Positions 29,113 to 38,547 of a stretch of 64,000 nucleotides of DNA are shown here, piece by piece. The notes beneath the pieces were generated by a model. That model was not told where the DNA came from, did no database searches, and worked only from the letters and a program-made list of their open reading frames with translations. The position numbers were made by a program, and so were the translations under genes. The DNA is taken from assembly GCA_963676835.2 (NCBI GenBank), contig CAXXFF010000002.1, positions 928,001-992,000 of the forward strand, given 5' to 3'. Source of the stretch: Marispirochaeta sp. (GTDB lineage Bacteria; Spirochaetota; Spirochaetia; JC444; Marispirochaetaceae). Each line of letters opens with the position of its first letter. Position 1 is the stretch's first letter.

Positions 29113-30228
29113 ATGCATCAGGGTTTTTTCGAGAAATACAATATTGATCCCCTTCAGTTCGACCGCAGCGGTCTGCGCTGGAATGAGCTTGAGTCCATAT
29201 CTGAACATTACAGCTCAGTCCGCAAGGATCTGGAGGCAACCGCCCGTTACACGGTGGATAATATCCTGAGCTGTTCCCTGGTGCACTCCATCAACTACCG
29301 CATCAAGGACAATGAACATCTTCTGGAGAAGATTATCAGAAAGTGTGTGGCCGACCCCGAGCGCTGCATTACCCTGGAGAATTACCAGCAGGAGATATCC
29401 GATCTTATCGGAGTCCGGGTTCTCCATCTCTTCAAGGAGGACTGGAGCGGCATCCATGAGTTTATCAGCCGCTCCTGGGAGCTGGCGGAGGCGCCGGTTG
29501 CCTATGTCCGCAAAGGGGACAGCCGCAGAATTGTGGATTTCTACCAGGAAAACAACTGCCGTATCGAGGAGCATCCCCATGGTTACCGCTCTGTCCACTA
29601 TCTGATTCAGTCCGGCAGCGGCAAGCGTTCATTTACCGTGGAACTTCAGGTGCGAACTCTCTTCGAGGAGGCCTGGGGGGAGATTGATCATGTTGTCCGC
29701 TATCCCTATCACAGAAACAACGAGCTGCTTGTCCGCCTTTCATCCATCCTGAACCGTCTTTCCGGAGATGCCGATGAGTTAGGTACCTACATGCGTTATC
29801 TCAACCATCAGATGCAGACGACAGAAGAGATTCACCGCAAGGAGATTGAGAATAAAAACCGCCTTATCGACTCCCTGAAGGAGAGTATTGAAAATCTCAA
29901 GATTGACTCCGCAGAAAAGCATACCCTTACCAGTACCCTGAATGCCCTTGAGGCTGAGCAGGCGAATGCGGCCAGGGAAGAAGAGAGTTTTATGTGGCTG
30001 AACTCTTTTCTGGAGACTGATCTCTTTAAAAGCCTGAGTTCCCGTATTAATGAGATTGTCTCATCAGCAGATTTTGATCCCATCGAGGTCAGTGAGGAGG
30101 ATATTGAAATCCTTGGAAATGCCCAGGGAGAGCTTTTACAGATACTGGGAAACAAAGAGAAGATGCAGAAGTTTCTGGAAGACAAGCATGTGCAGACCCT
30201 TATGAATCAGATAGGCGATGAAAGCTGA
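29113..30228 (+). CDS. RelA/SpoT nucleotidyltransferase-domain protein (small alarmone synthetase-like) with coiled-coil tail
   Basis: YRIKD..HL.EKI.RK, DLIGVR, GYRSVHY, ELQVRTLFEEAWGEIDH. No HD hydrolase, TGS or ACT domains. Confidence 0.85.
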   Translation: MHQGFFEKYNIDPLQFDRSGLRWNELESISEHYSSVRKDLEATARYTVDNILSCSLVHSINYRIKDNEHLLEKIIRKCVADPERCITLENYQQEISDLIGVRVLHLFKEDWSGIHEFISRSWELAEAPVAYVRKGDSRRIVDFYQENNCRIEEHPHGYRSVHYLIQSGSGKRSFTVELQVRTLFEEAWGEIDHVVRYPYHRNNELLVRLSSILNRLSGDADELGTYMRYLNHQMQTTEEIHRKEIENKNRLIDSLKESIENLKIDSAEKHTLTSTLNALEAEQANAAREEESFMWLNSFLETDLFKSLSSRINEIVSSADFDPIEVSEEDIEILGNAQGELLQILGNKEKMQKFLEDKHVQTLMNQIGDES

Positions 30229-30464
30229 TGGACGACCTTTTTTCCCCCGACGCCCTGATCAAACTCGCCAACTTCCGTATGCCCTTCGGCAAGTATGCCG
30301 ACAGGCTGCTGCTGGAGATTCCCGAAGAGTACTACATCTGGTTCAAGGAAAAGGGCTTTCCCGATGGGGATTTGGGCCGGCAGATGGAAGCCATCCTTGA
30401 TATAAAGTGCAACGGCCTTGAGTATCTTCTGCGACCCCTTGTTAAGCCCCGCCGGGATTATTAA
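30228..30464 (+). CDS. DUF3820-family small protein
   Basis: MPFGKY..R.L..IPEEY..WF.EKGFP.G.LG. TGATG coupling to the upstream gene. Confidence 0.8.
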   Translation: MDDLFSPDALIKLANFRMPFGKYADRLLLEIPEEYYIWFKEKGFPDGDLGRQMEAILDIKCNGLEYLLRPLVKPRRDY

Positions 30465-30518
30465 GCTTACAAAATAAATAATCTATAGACTTTTTGATCA
30501 TTTCTCACTATCTTCACT

Positions 30519-30539
30519 ACATACCCCTGGGGGGTATGT
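30519..30539. promoter_or_regulatory. CsoR-type operator upstream of copA
   Basis: ACATACCCC-TGG-GGGGTATGT, perfect 9-bp arms with the C-tract/G-tract pattern of CsoR boxes, 11 bp before the likely start. Confidence 0.8.
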
Positions 30540-30550
30540 CTGGAGCTTGT

Positions 30551-33010
30551 ATGGATAGTCCTGCGAAAATAGTTCAATTAGATATTGAGGGAATGACCTG
30601 CGCATCCTGCGTGGCTCATGTTGAGAAGGCGATAAAAAAGCATGCCGGTATCGATATGGCGGCGGTCAACCTTGCAACAGAAAAAGCGACGGTAAGCTAT
30701 GATCCCGCAGAAGTGGATTTGAATACCATTATTCAGAGTGTTTCCGATGCAGGCTACTCTGCTGCGGAATATTCCGGCGAAGAGAGCGATGAAGCTGCTG
30801 CGGGAAAAAAGCGGGAAGCCCGGCTGCTTGGTATGGAAACCCTTGCTTCGCTTATTCTCAGTGCTCCCCTTGTTCTGGCTATGGCTGCAGGTATGTTGAG
30901 AATCGAGCCCCTGATGTTTCTTCACAATCCGCTCCTTCAGCTTCTCCTGGCAACTCCGGTGCAGTTCTGGATCGGAAGACGTTTTTATATACCCGCGTTC
31001 CGGTCTCTCAAATCCCTCAATCCGGGGATGGATGTACTGGTCGTTATGGGAACCTCCGCGGCCTATCTTTTCAGTATTTTCAATGGATTCTTTGCGGCTT
31101 CCCTTGGAATCGAGTCCGGAGGGCTCTATTTTGAAGCCTCTTCCGTAATTATTACCCTGGTGCTGCTGGGGCGCTTTCTCGAACAGCGGGCAAAGGGAAA
31201 AACCTCGGAGGCTCTTAAGAAATTAATGGGGCTGCAGCCGAAAACCGCCCGGGTGGAACGGGACGGCGAAGTTATTACAGTTCCTGCGGCGGATGTGGAA
31301 GCCGGTGATATTCTGCATATCAAGCCCGGAGAAAGGTTTCCCGTGGACGGTTCCGTTACAGAAGGCCTTACCACAGCCGATGAAAGCATGATAAGCGGTG
31401 AGAGTCTTCCGGTAGATAAAACCATCGGCGATAAAGTACTGAGCGGGACAATAAACGGTTACGGTTCCATCCGCTACCGGGCCGAGCAGGTGGGAAGCGA
31501 ATCGGTACTCAGCCGGATTATAGCTGTTGTGGAAGAGGCCCAGGGGTCGAAAGCACCCATTCAGAAGCTTGCCGATAAAATTGCCGCAGTATTTGTTCCT
31601 GTGGTTCTGGGCATAGCTCTGCTTACCTTTCTTGTCTGGTGGCTTTGGGCCGGAACATTTCAGGATGGTCTTATTGCGGCAGTTGCGGTGCTGGTTATTG
31701 CCTGTCCCTGCGCTCTCGGACTTGCCACTCCCACGGCGATTATGGTGGGTACCGGGGTTGGTGCAGGCCGGGGAATTCTGATTCGCAACGGTGAAGTTCT
31801 GCAGCAGGCCGGCCGGATAGATACGGTTGTACTGGACAAGACAGGCACTATCACCATGGGAAAACCCAGGCTGCAGCATGTGTATGCCGGCGAAGGAGCT
31901 GAAACCGGCGGACTTCTGTCTGTTGCAGCATCGCTGGAGGCACATTCCGAACATCCTCTGGCTCTGGCGATTGTTGACGCTGCAGAGAAGCAGGGCCTGA
32001 ACCCTTCTTTTACAGCAGAATATTTTACCGCAGTTCCGGGAAAGGGTATCCGCGGCAGTGTGAAGGGTGTTGAGTATGTAATTGGTACCGAGCTTTTTAT
32101 GGCAGATAAAGGTATTGATTGTGAGGCGTTGAAGGATAAAAAAAAGGAGTTTGAAGCTCTTGGGCATACGGTTATCATACTTGCCGATACCTCTAAGGCT
32201 TTGGCTCTATTTTCAATTTCCGACAGTATCCGCGATAAGTCAGTAGCGGGCATTGCCGCTTTAAAAGACATGGGTATAAGCGTTCACATGATAACCGGGG
32301 ACAACCGGCGTACCGCGGAGGCCATAGCGGCTGAAGCGGGTATCGATAACATCCTTGCCGAAGTGCTTCCGGAGCAGAAGGCGGAAGAGGTTAAAAAACT
32401 TCAGGCCGAAGGCAGGGTTGTTGCCATGGCAGGGGATGGTATTAATGATGCCCCTGCACTGGCGGTTGCAGATGTGGGAATCGCAATGGCGGAAGGTACG
32501 GACATTGCCATGGAGTCGGCGGATATAACCCTGATGCGCAGTGACCTTTCAGAAATTGCTGTAACGATTCTCTTGTCAAGAAAGACCATGTCCAAGATCA
32601 GGCAGAACCTGTTCTGGGCGTTCTTCTATAATTCAGTTGGAATCCCTTTTGCCGCCCTGGGGATGCTGAACCCGGTTATTGCCGGTGCTGCCATGGCCTT
32701 CAGCTCCGTCTCGGTGGTGAGCAATTCCCTGAGTCTCAAACAGTTTAAACTCCGGAATAATAGTTCCCGAGCCAGCAAAGGTAGGAATAGTCATAAGGAG
32801 TCAAATATGACCGAAATAATTACCGTGGATGGAATGTCCTGTAATCACTGTAAGATGAGTGTGGAAAAAGCTGCACTTTCCGTTGAGGGTGTAAGCGCCG
32901 CAGAGGTTAACCTGGAAAAGAAGGAATTAGCCGTCTCTTTTTCTGATGGAGCGGAGAATATGCAGGCGGTACGCACGGCGGTGGAGGAGGCGGGCTACTC
33001 TCCCTTATAA
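30551..33010 (+). CDS. copA: Cu(I)-translocating P1B-type ATPase with N-terminal and C-terminal HMA domains
   Basis: GMTCASC, SGES, CPCALGLATP, DKTGT, SEHP, GDGINDAP, YN, MAFSS, C-terminal GMSCNHC. ATG 30551 follows GGAG; ORF track starts at 30494. Confidence 0.93.
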   Translation: MDSPAKIVQLDIEGMTCASCVAHVEKAIKKHAGIDMAAVNLATEKATVSYDPAEVDLNTIIQSVSDAGYSAAEYSGEESDEAAAGKKREARLLGMETLASLILSAPLVLAMAAGMLRIEPLMFLHNPLLQLLLATPVQFWIGRRFYIPAFRSLKSLNPGMDVLVVMGTSAAYLFSIFNGFFAASLGIESGGLYFEASSVIITLVLLGRFLEQRAKGKTSEALKKLMGLQPKTARVERDGEVITVPAADVEAGDILHIKPGERFPVDGSVTEGLTTADESMISGESLPVDKTIGDKVLSGTINGYGSIRYRAEQVGSESVLSRIIAVVEEAQGSKAPIQKLADKIAAVFVPVVLGIALLTFLVWWLWAGTFQDGLIAAVAVLVIACPCALGLATPTAIMVGTGVGAGRGILIRNGEVLQQAGRIDTVVLDKTGTITMGKPRLQHVYAGEGAETGGLLSVAASLEAHSEHPLALAIVDAAEKQGLNPSFTAEYFTAVPGKGIRGSVKGVEYVIGTELFMADKGIDCEALKDKKKEFEALGHTVIILADTSKALALFSISDSIRDKSVAGIAALKDMGISVHMITGDNRRTAEAIAAEAGIDNILAEVLPEQKAEEVKKLQAEGRVVAMAGDGINDAPALAVADVGIAMAEGTDIAMESADITLMRSDLSEIAVTILLSRKTMSKIRQNLFWAFFYNSVGIPFAALGMLNPVIAGAAMAFSSVSVVSNSLSLKQFKLRNNSSRASKGRNSHKESNMTEIITVDGMSCNHCKMSVEKAALSVEGVSAAEVNLEKKELAVSFSDGAENMQAVRTAVEEAGYSPL

Positions 33011-33046
33011 AAACTCTGACAAACTCTGGTAAGACCGTGTAAGAAT

Positions 33047-33075
33047 TTGACAGATCTTCTCTTAGCGAATACTCT
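33047..33075 (+). promoter_or_regulatory. Sigma70 promoter (copy 1)
   Basis: TTGACA-N17-TACTCT. The sequence GTAAGAATTTGACAGAT is shared with the copy at 33995-34011. Confidence 0.65.
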
Positions 33076-33109
33076 TGTATAGTGAAGTCTATACAAGGGT
33101 TGGAAAGTA

Positions 33110-33898
33110 TTGGAATCAAGTAAGGCCGATAAGGATAAAACAATACTCCTGGTGGAGGATGAAGCCCTCATTGCCATGAGTGAAGCCCAAATGCTTCAAC
33201 AGCGTGGCTACTCAGTCCTGCAGGCCTACAACGGCGAGGATGCTGTACTTAAGGTCCATGAAAACCAGGTAGACCTTATTCTGATGGATATTGATCTGGG
33301 CAAGAACAGAATGAACGGAACCCAGGCGGCCCGGAAGATCCTTAAAGACCATACCCTCCCGATTGTTTTTCTCACCAGTCATACTGAAAAAGATGTTGTT
33401 GATCAGGTAAAGAATATTACCCGTTACGGCTACGTTATAAAAAACTCCGGCGAGTTTGTTCTGCTGGAAGCCATTACCATGGCGTTTGAATTGTTTAATT
33501 CCCATCAACGGCTGCATGAGAGTGAAGATCGTTACCGCACCGCCTTTATGACAAGTCCGGATGCAATTAATATCAATCGTATCGATGGTCTCTATGTTGA
33601 CGTGAACGAGGGCTTTACTTCTCTCACCGGTTTTACCCGGGATGAAGTGATAGGCCGGAACTCGGCGGAGATAGAGATCTGGGCTATTCCGGAAGACAGG
33701 GAACGGTTGATTAAAGGTCTTCAGGAAACGGGCTATGTGGAGAATCTTGAAACAATGTTCCGTTTAAAAAGCGGTGAAACGAGGAAAGGGCTCATGTCGG
33801 CCCGGGTTCTGCAGATGGACGGCCAGCCCCATATTCTTTCCATTACCAGAGATATCTCCCGCCGGCACGAAGCAGGACAAGCTGTAGATACTGAGTAA
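33110..33898 (+). CDS. Receiver plus PAS protein (no output domain)
   Basis: ILLVEDE, ILMDIDLG, VFLTSH, PAS domain after SEDRYRTAF. Confidence 0.85.
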   Translation: MESSKADKDKTILLVEDEALIAMSEAQMLQQRGYSVLQAYNGEDAVLKVHENQVDLILMDIDLGKNRMNGTQAARKILKDHTLPIVFLTSHTEKDVVDQVKNITRYGYVIKNSGEFVLLEAITMAFELFNSHQRLHESEDRYRTAFMTSPDAININRIDGLYVDVNEGFTSLTGFTRDEVIGRNSAEIEIWAIPEDRERLIKGLQETGYVENLETMFRLKSGETRKGLMSARVLQMDGQPHILSITRDISRRHEAGQAVDTE

Positions 33899-34002
33899 CC
33901 TGTTTCGGTCTGTTGTCCTGCCTGGACAATACTCTTAAGCTGTTTCCGGTGCAGACTGTTGCATCTAAAGGCCCTGTTTTTCAGCAGCAGGTGCGTAAGA
34001 AT

Positions 34003-34031
34003 TTGACAGATAAGTAATTAGCCTGTACTCT
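34003..34031 (+). promoter_or_regulatory. Sigma70 promoter (copy 2)
   Basis: TTGACA-N17-TACTCT, homologous to the copy at 33047. Confidence 0.65.
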
Positions 34032-34064
34032 TTTATAAAGCTAAGTTCATACAGGCGTAAGTAG

Positions 34065-35183
34065 TTGGTTAACACTGCGGAAAGTAAAAAAATCCTTCTC
34101 GTCGAAGATGAAGCAATTATTGCACTGAACGAAACTGCAATGCTTGAATCCCACGGCTATTCTGTTGTGCATGCATACAGCGGAGCAAAAGCTGTTCAGA
34201 AGGTTCATGAAACCCCTGTAGACCTGATCCTGATGGATATTGACCTCGGCCTGGGTTTGATGAGCGGAACTGAGGCAGCTCAGGCAATTCTTAAAGAACA
34301 TGACATTCCGATTGTTTTTCTTACCAGCCATACTGAAAAAGATATTGTTGAAAAGGTGAGAAACATCACCAGCTACGGATATGTAGTGAAGAATTCCGGG
34401 GAGTTTGTATTGCACGAAGCCATCATCATGGCTTTCGAACTTTTTAATTCCCACCGGAAACTTCACGAAAGCGAGGAAAAATACCGGGCCGCTTTTACCA
34501 CCAGTCCTGATGCCATATCTATAAGTACACTGGATGGAGTCTGCATTGATATAAACGAAGGGTATGTCAGAATGTCCGGATATACCTGCGAGGAAGTTCT
34601 CGGCAGAAATGTTGAAGAACTGGGAGCATGGGCGAACCTTGAGGACAGAGCAATGTTTGTCCGCATGCTGAAGCAGGATGGGGTGGTCGACGGTTTTGAA
34701 ACCGGGTTCTGTCACAGCAGTGGAGAAATTATAAGGTGTTTGCTGTCAGCACGGATCCTTGATCTTGGCGGAGAGCAGTATATCCTCTCAATCGCCAGGG
34801 ATGTTACGGAATACCGGAAGGTTGAAGCCCGGCTGAGTGATAGTGAGAAACTTCACCGGTCACTGGTGCAGGCAAGTTTTGATGCCTACTTGCGGCACGA
34901 TTTCAACGGACATATCCGGGAAGTGAATAACGCCGCCTGTGCAGTAACCGGATATACCCGTGAAGAACTTGAATCCATGCGGATCTCCGATCTCGATGTC
35001 TACTTTTCTCTGGATGAACTTCAGCGTGGGGCAGAATATATCCGGAAGTGGGGCGGAGCTGTTGCTGAAAGCAGGCATAAAAGAAAGGATGGATCGGAAT
35101 ATACTGTATCAATTGTTGTTACCTGTCTGCCTTACGAAGGAGAGGATCACTTCGTATCCTTTTTCCGGGATCTTTCCAGATAA
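34065..35183 (+). CDS. Receiver plus two PAS domains (paralog of the preceding gene)
   Basis: Near-identical receiver (PIVFLTSHTEKD, YGYV.KNSGEFVL), then two PAS domains. Confidence 0.85.
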   Translation: MVNTAESKKILLVEDEAIIALNETAMLESHGYSVVHAYSGAKAVQKVHETPVDLILMDIDLGLGLMSGTEAAQAILKEHDIPIVFLTSHTEKDIVEKVRNITSYGYVVKNSGEFVLHEAIIMAFELFNSHRKLHESEEKYRAAFTTSPDAISISTLDGVCIDINEGYVRMSGYTCEEVLGRNVEELGAWANLEDRAMFVRMLKQDGVVDGFETGFCHSSGEIIRCLLSARILDLGGEQYILSIARDVTEYRKVEARLSDSEKLHRSLVQASFDAYLRHDFNGHIREVNNAACAVTGYTREELESMRISDLDVYFSLDELQRGAEYIRKWGGAVAESRHKRKDGSEYTVSIVVTCLPYEGEDHFVSFFRDLSR

Positions 35184-35200
35184 CAGGAATTATTATTTTC

Positions 35201-35229
35201 TTGTCATAAGCGCTTAGCGGGTTTAGGCT
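35201..35229 (+). promoter_or_regulatory. Promoter with LacI/cre-like operator in the spacer
   Basis: TTGTCA (35201-35206)-N17-TAGGCT (35224-35229), with palindrome TAAGCGCTTA at 35207-35216. Confidence 0.55.
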
Positions 35230-35246
35230 GATGTAAGGAGTTCCTT

Positions 35247-37595
35247 ATGATCCAGACAAGCGGGCGTATAAACCTTCTCAAAAAGCAGATAATCGAAAGC
35301 ATTCCCACCGTAAGCATTGAGCGGGCGCGGATTATTACCCGGGCCTATAAAGAATATGCGGACAAACCTGTTGTGGTTAAGCGTGCCCTGGGGCTGAAGA
35401 AAGTCCTTGAGGAGATGACCATCTATATTAACCCCGGGGATCTTCTTGCTGGAAACCAGTCGGAGAGCCTCCGCTGTCCGCCGGTCTATCCGGAAAACTT
35501 CTGCGCCTGGATGGCCGACCGGGAAGAGATGGACATGATGGAAAAGCGGACCCTCAATCCGCTGAAAATACCCGAATCACTCCGGGGAGAGCTGGAGGAA
35601 ATGGCGGAGTATTGGCAGGGGCAGACCCTGGTGGACCGCTGCTACGCGGTCTTTCCGGAAGACATAAAAGATGCACGAAAATCGCTGCTGTTTTCGGTCT
35701 CCCTGGAAAAGAACGCCATGGGACACTGCGTGCTGGATTATCCCAAACTGCTGACCCTGGGTTATGCGGGGCTGAAAAAAGAGATAGAAGAGAGGCTTAA
35801 GGATGCTGATCCGGATCAGCATGATTTTCTCAGTGCCGCGGCAATTGTCTGTGACGGCATTATCGCCTTTTCCAACCGCTACGCGGACCTCGCGATGGCC
35901 GAAGCCGCAGCGGAACAAAATCCGGTCAGGAAGAATGAGCTTATAAAGATTGCCGATGTTTGTCGTAAGGTTCCTGCCGCGCCTGCGGAAACATTCCATG
36001 AGGCCCTGCAGTCGGTCTATCTGGCTCATACGGTCAACATGATTGAGACCAATGCCTACTCCATGAGCTACGGCCGCTTTGACCAGTACATGTATCCTTT
36101 CTTTCGCTCTGATATTGATTCAGGCAGGGAAACGGAAACCACCGTTCAGGAGCTGATCGACTGCTTCTGGTGCAAGACCAACGAGGTTATGCATGTGGAC
36201 GATTCGGAGATGGTCTATTTTCACGGCGGCCATCCCTTCGGACAGCATCTGACTGTAGGGGGAGTGAGCCGCGCCGGTGAGGATGCGGTAAATGAACTCT
36301 CCTACATGTGCCTCGATGCCCATGAAAATGTAGGGCTCTATCAGCCCGACTTCAGTGTCAGGTTTCACCGCGGTACCGCAGACGCTTTTCGCAGGCGGAC
36401 GGCGGAGGTTATTAAACTCGGCTACGGTCTGCCCCAGATTTTCAACGATGAAGTAATTATCGAATCCCTGGAAAACGACGGACTGCCGAAAGACGAAGCC
36501 CGGGATTATACCCCTACAGGCTGCGTGGAATATGCCACGCCGAAATGCTGGATCCGTGCGCCCGGCGGCTGGTTCAATGTACCCAAGGTTCTGGAGCTTG
36601 CGCTTCACCAGGGGCGCTGCGGTGTTACGGGAAAGCAGATAACCAGGGAGACGAAACCGGTTGAAGAGATTCTCAGTTACGATGAACTCTATGAAATATT
36701 TACCGAACACTTTCGTAAGGCGGTGGCCCTGCATGTGGAGTGGAGTAACCTCATCGACGGTGTTCATGAAACCACCATGCCCCAGCCCTCGGTCTCGGTG
36801 CTTACCGATGACTGCATTGCTTCCGGCAGAGACGTGGTAAACGGCGGGGCCCGCTATAACTTCACCAGCCCCCTCCTGGTAGGAATAGCCAATATTGCCG
36901 ACTCCCTGGCAATTATCAAGCGCATGGTTTTCCAGCAGCGGAAGCTTGGTCTGCCGGAGTTAGTTGCAGCCCTGGACAGTAACTTCGAGGGCCATGAGAT
37001 TCTGCACGCCCGGCTCTTGAACTTTCCCGAGCGCTACGGCAATGACATTGAGTTTGTGGATGCCATAGCCCGGGATATTTCGGTTCTCTTCTGCGATGAG
37101 TTTGAAAAATACATCAATACCCGGGGAGGAAAGTTCCGGGCAGGATTCTGGTCGGTAACTGCCAACTTCAACCTGGGTTCCAATACAGCGGCGACTCCCG
37201 ATGGAAGAAAGGCCTTCGAGCCCCTCTCTGATTCAATCTCTCCCAATGCAGGCAAGGATCTTACCGGCCTGACGGCGTCATTCAACTCCGCGGCGAAGCT
37301 CGATCAGCGCCGGGCATCAAGCGGTACGGTGCTGAACCGGCATATTTCTCCTGCGGATATGGAGGGGCCGGGAAAGCTGGATAAGTTTATTAACCTGGTG
37401 GAAGGATATTTCGAACTGGGCGGCACCAACCTGGGATTCAATATCATCTCCCGGGATACCCTGGTTGATGCCCAGGAGCACCCCGATAACTATGCGGACC
37501 TTATGGTTAAGGTTGCAGGTTATGCCGCCTTTTTCACAGAGCTCGGCAAAGGCTGTCAGGATGCTCTGATAGAACGGACTGAACACCACGTATGA
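35247..37595 (+). CDS. Glycyl radical enzyme (PFL2/eliminase-like), substrate unknown
   Basis: 782 aa. SIERA, LLAGNQ, GRFDQY, TGCVEY (thiyl Cys plus Glu), YGND, ATPDGR, LMVKVAGY glycyl loop. Confidence 0.92.
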   Translation: MIQTSGRINLLKKQIIESIPTVSIERARIITRAYKEYADKPVVVKRALGLKKVLEEMTIYINPGDLLAGNQSESLRCPPVYPENFCAWMADREEMDMMEKRTLNPLKIPESLRGELEEMAEYWQGQTLVDRCYAVFPEDIKDARKSLLFSVSLEKNAMGHCVLDYPKLLTLGYAGLKKEIEERLKDADPDQHDFLSAAAIVCDGIIAFSNRYADLAMAEAAAEQNPVRKNELIKIADVCRKVPAAPAETFHEALQSVYLAHTVNMIETNAYSMSYGRFDQYMYPFFRSDIDSGRETETTVQELIDCFWCKTNEVMHVDDSEMVYFHGGHPFGQHLTVGGVSRAGEDAVNELSYMCLDAHENVGLYQPDFSVRFHRGTADAFRRRTAEVIKLGYGLPQIFNDEVIIESLENDGLPKDEARDYTPTGCVEYATPKCWIRAPGGWFNVPKVLELALHQGRCGVTGKQITRETKPVEEILSYDELYEIFTEHFRKAVALHVEWSNLIDGVHETTMPQPSVSVLTDDCIASGRDVVNGGARYNFTSPLLVGIANIADSLAIIKRMVFQQRKLGLPELVAALDSNFEGHEILHARLLNFPERYGNDIEFVDAIARDISVLFCDEFEKYINTRGGKFRAGFWSVTANFNLGSNTAATPDGRKAFEPLSDSISPNAGKDLTGLTASFNSAAKLDQRRASSGTVLNRHISPADMEGPGKLDKFINLVEGYFELGGTNLGFNIISRDTLVDAQEHPDNYADLMVKVAGYAAFFTELGKGCQDALIERTEHHV

Positions 37596-38527
37596 GTTCC
37601 GGCTGGATATTCAAGATCCAGCGGCACTGTATTCACGACGGCCCCGGCATCCGTACCACGGTATTTTTCAAGGGCTGCCCTCTATCCTGCCTCTGGTGTT
37701 TTAACCCCGAGTCCCAGAACCCCCGGCCGGAAGTGGTCCACTCGCCGGATAAGTGTATTGTCTGCGGTCTCTGTCTCAAGGAGTGTCCTGTGCCGGGCGC
37801 TCTTCAGCCGGATGTTCATGAACCGGAAGGACCAATAGGCAAAAGTAAAATCACCCACAATAAACAACTCTGTACTGATTGCGGCAGCTGTCTGGAGGTG
37901 TGTCCCACCGGGGCTTTGAGTCTCATCGGCTATCAGATATCTTCAGAGGAAGTAGTGGAGACTGTTCTGCGGGACAGGGTCTTTTACGAAAAATCCGGGG
38001 GCGGCGTAACCCTTTCCGGCGGAGAGGTTGCTCTCCAGCCGGATTTTGCCCGGGAAATACTGAAGGGCTGCCGGGATAAGGGGATTCATACCGCCATAGA
38101 AACCTGCGGCCATGCTCCCTGGCGGGAAATGGAGAAGGTGCTGGAGTATACCGATACGGTACTCTACGATCTGAAGATTGTGAATTCTAAGAAGCATCTG
38201 GAATTTACCGGGGTGTCCAGTGAGCTGATTTTTGCAAATATGCGGAAGATAAGCGATGCTGGAAAAGAGCTTGTGCTGCGGCTGCCGCTGATACCGGGCC
38301 TGAACGACGGGGAGGATGATCTGTCCGCCGCGGCTGAGCTTATCCTCAGTCTGCCCGCCTGTGCCGGGGTACACCTGCTCCCCTATGAGCTTTTAGGGGT
38401 GGACAAGTATAAAAAGCTCGGCCGGGGTTATGAGCTGGATAAGATACGTCCCCCGGGGGAAGATTTTCTGGAGAAAGTGCAGAGCTTTTTTGCTGCCAGG
38501 GGGATTGATGTGCAGATCGGGGGATAG
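37592..38527 (+). CDS. Glycyl-radical enzyme activating enzyme (radical SAM with ferredoxin insert)
   Basis: HDGPGIRTTVFFKGCPLSCLWCFNPESQ, two CxxCxxCxxxCP motifs, GGGVTLSGGE. ATGA overlap. Confidence 0.93.
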   Translation: MSSGWIFKIQRHCIHDGPGIRTTVFFKGCPLSCLWCFNPESQNPRPEVVHSPDKCIVCGLCLKECPVPGALQPDVHEPEGPIGKSKITHNKQLCTDCGSCLEVCPTGALSLIGYQISSEEVVETVLRDRVFYEKSGGGVTLSGGEVALQPDFAREILKGCRDKGIHTAIETCGHAPWREMEKVLEYTDTVLYDLKIVNSKKHLEFTGVSSELIFANMRKISDAGKELVLRLPLIPGLNDGEDDLSAAAELILSLPACAGVHLLPYELLGVDKYKKLGRGYELDKIRPPGEDFLEKVQSFFAARGIDVQIGG

Positions 38528-38547
38528 GCCCTCTTTCTCCGTGTTTG

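Noticed and set aside
31223..32167. 314-aa minus-strand ORF
   Set aside because: Lies entirely opposite copA; no independent coding evidence.
35247..37595. Calling this pflB, cutC, hypD or glycerol dehydratase
   Set aside because: Single-Cys GCVE motif rules out PFL; substrate-site segments do not match my recollection of the others, so no symbol was given.
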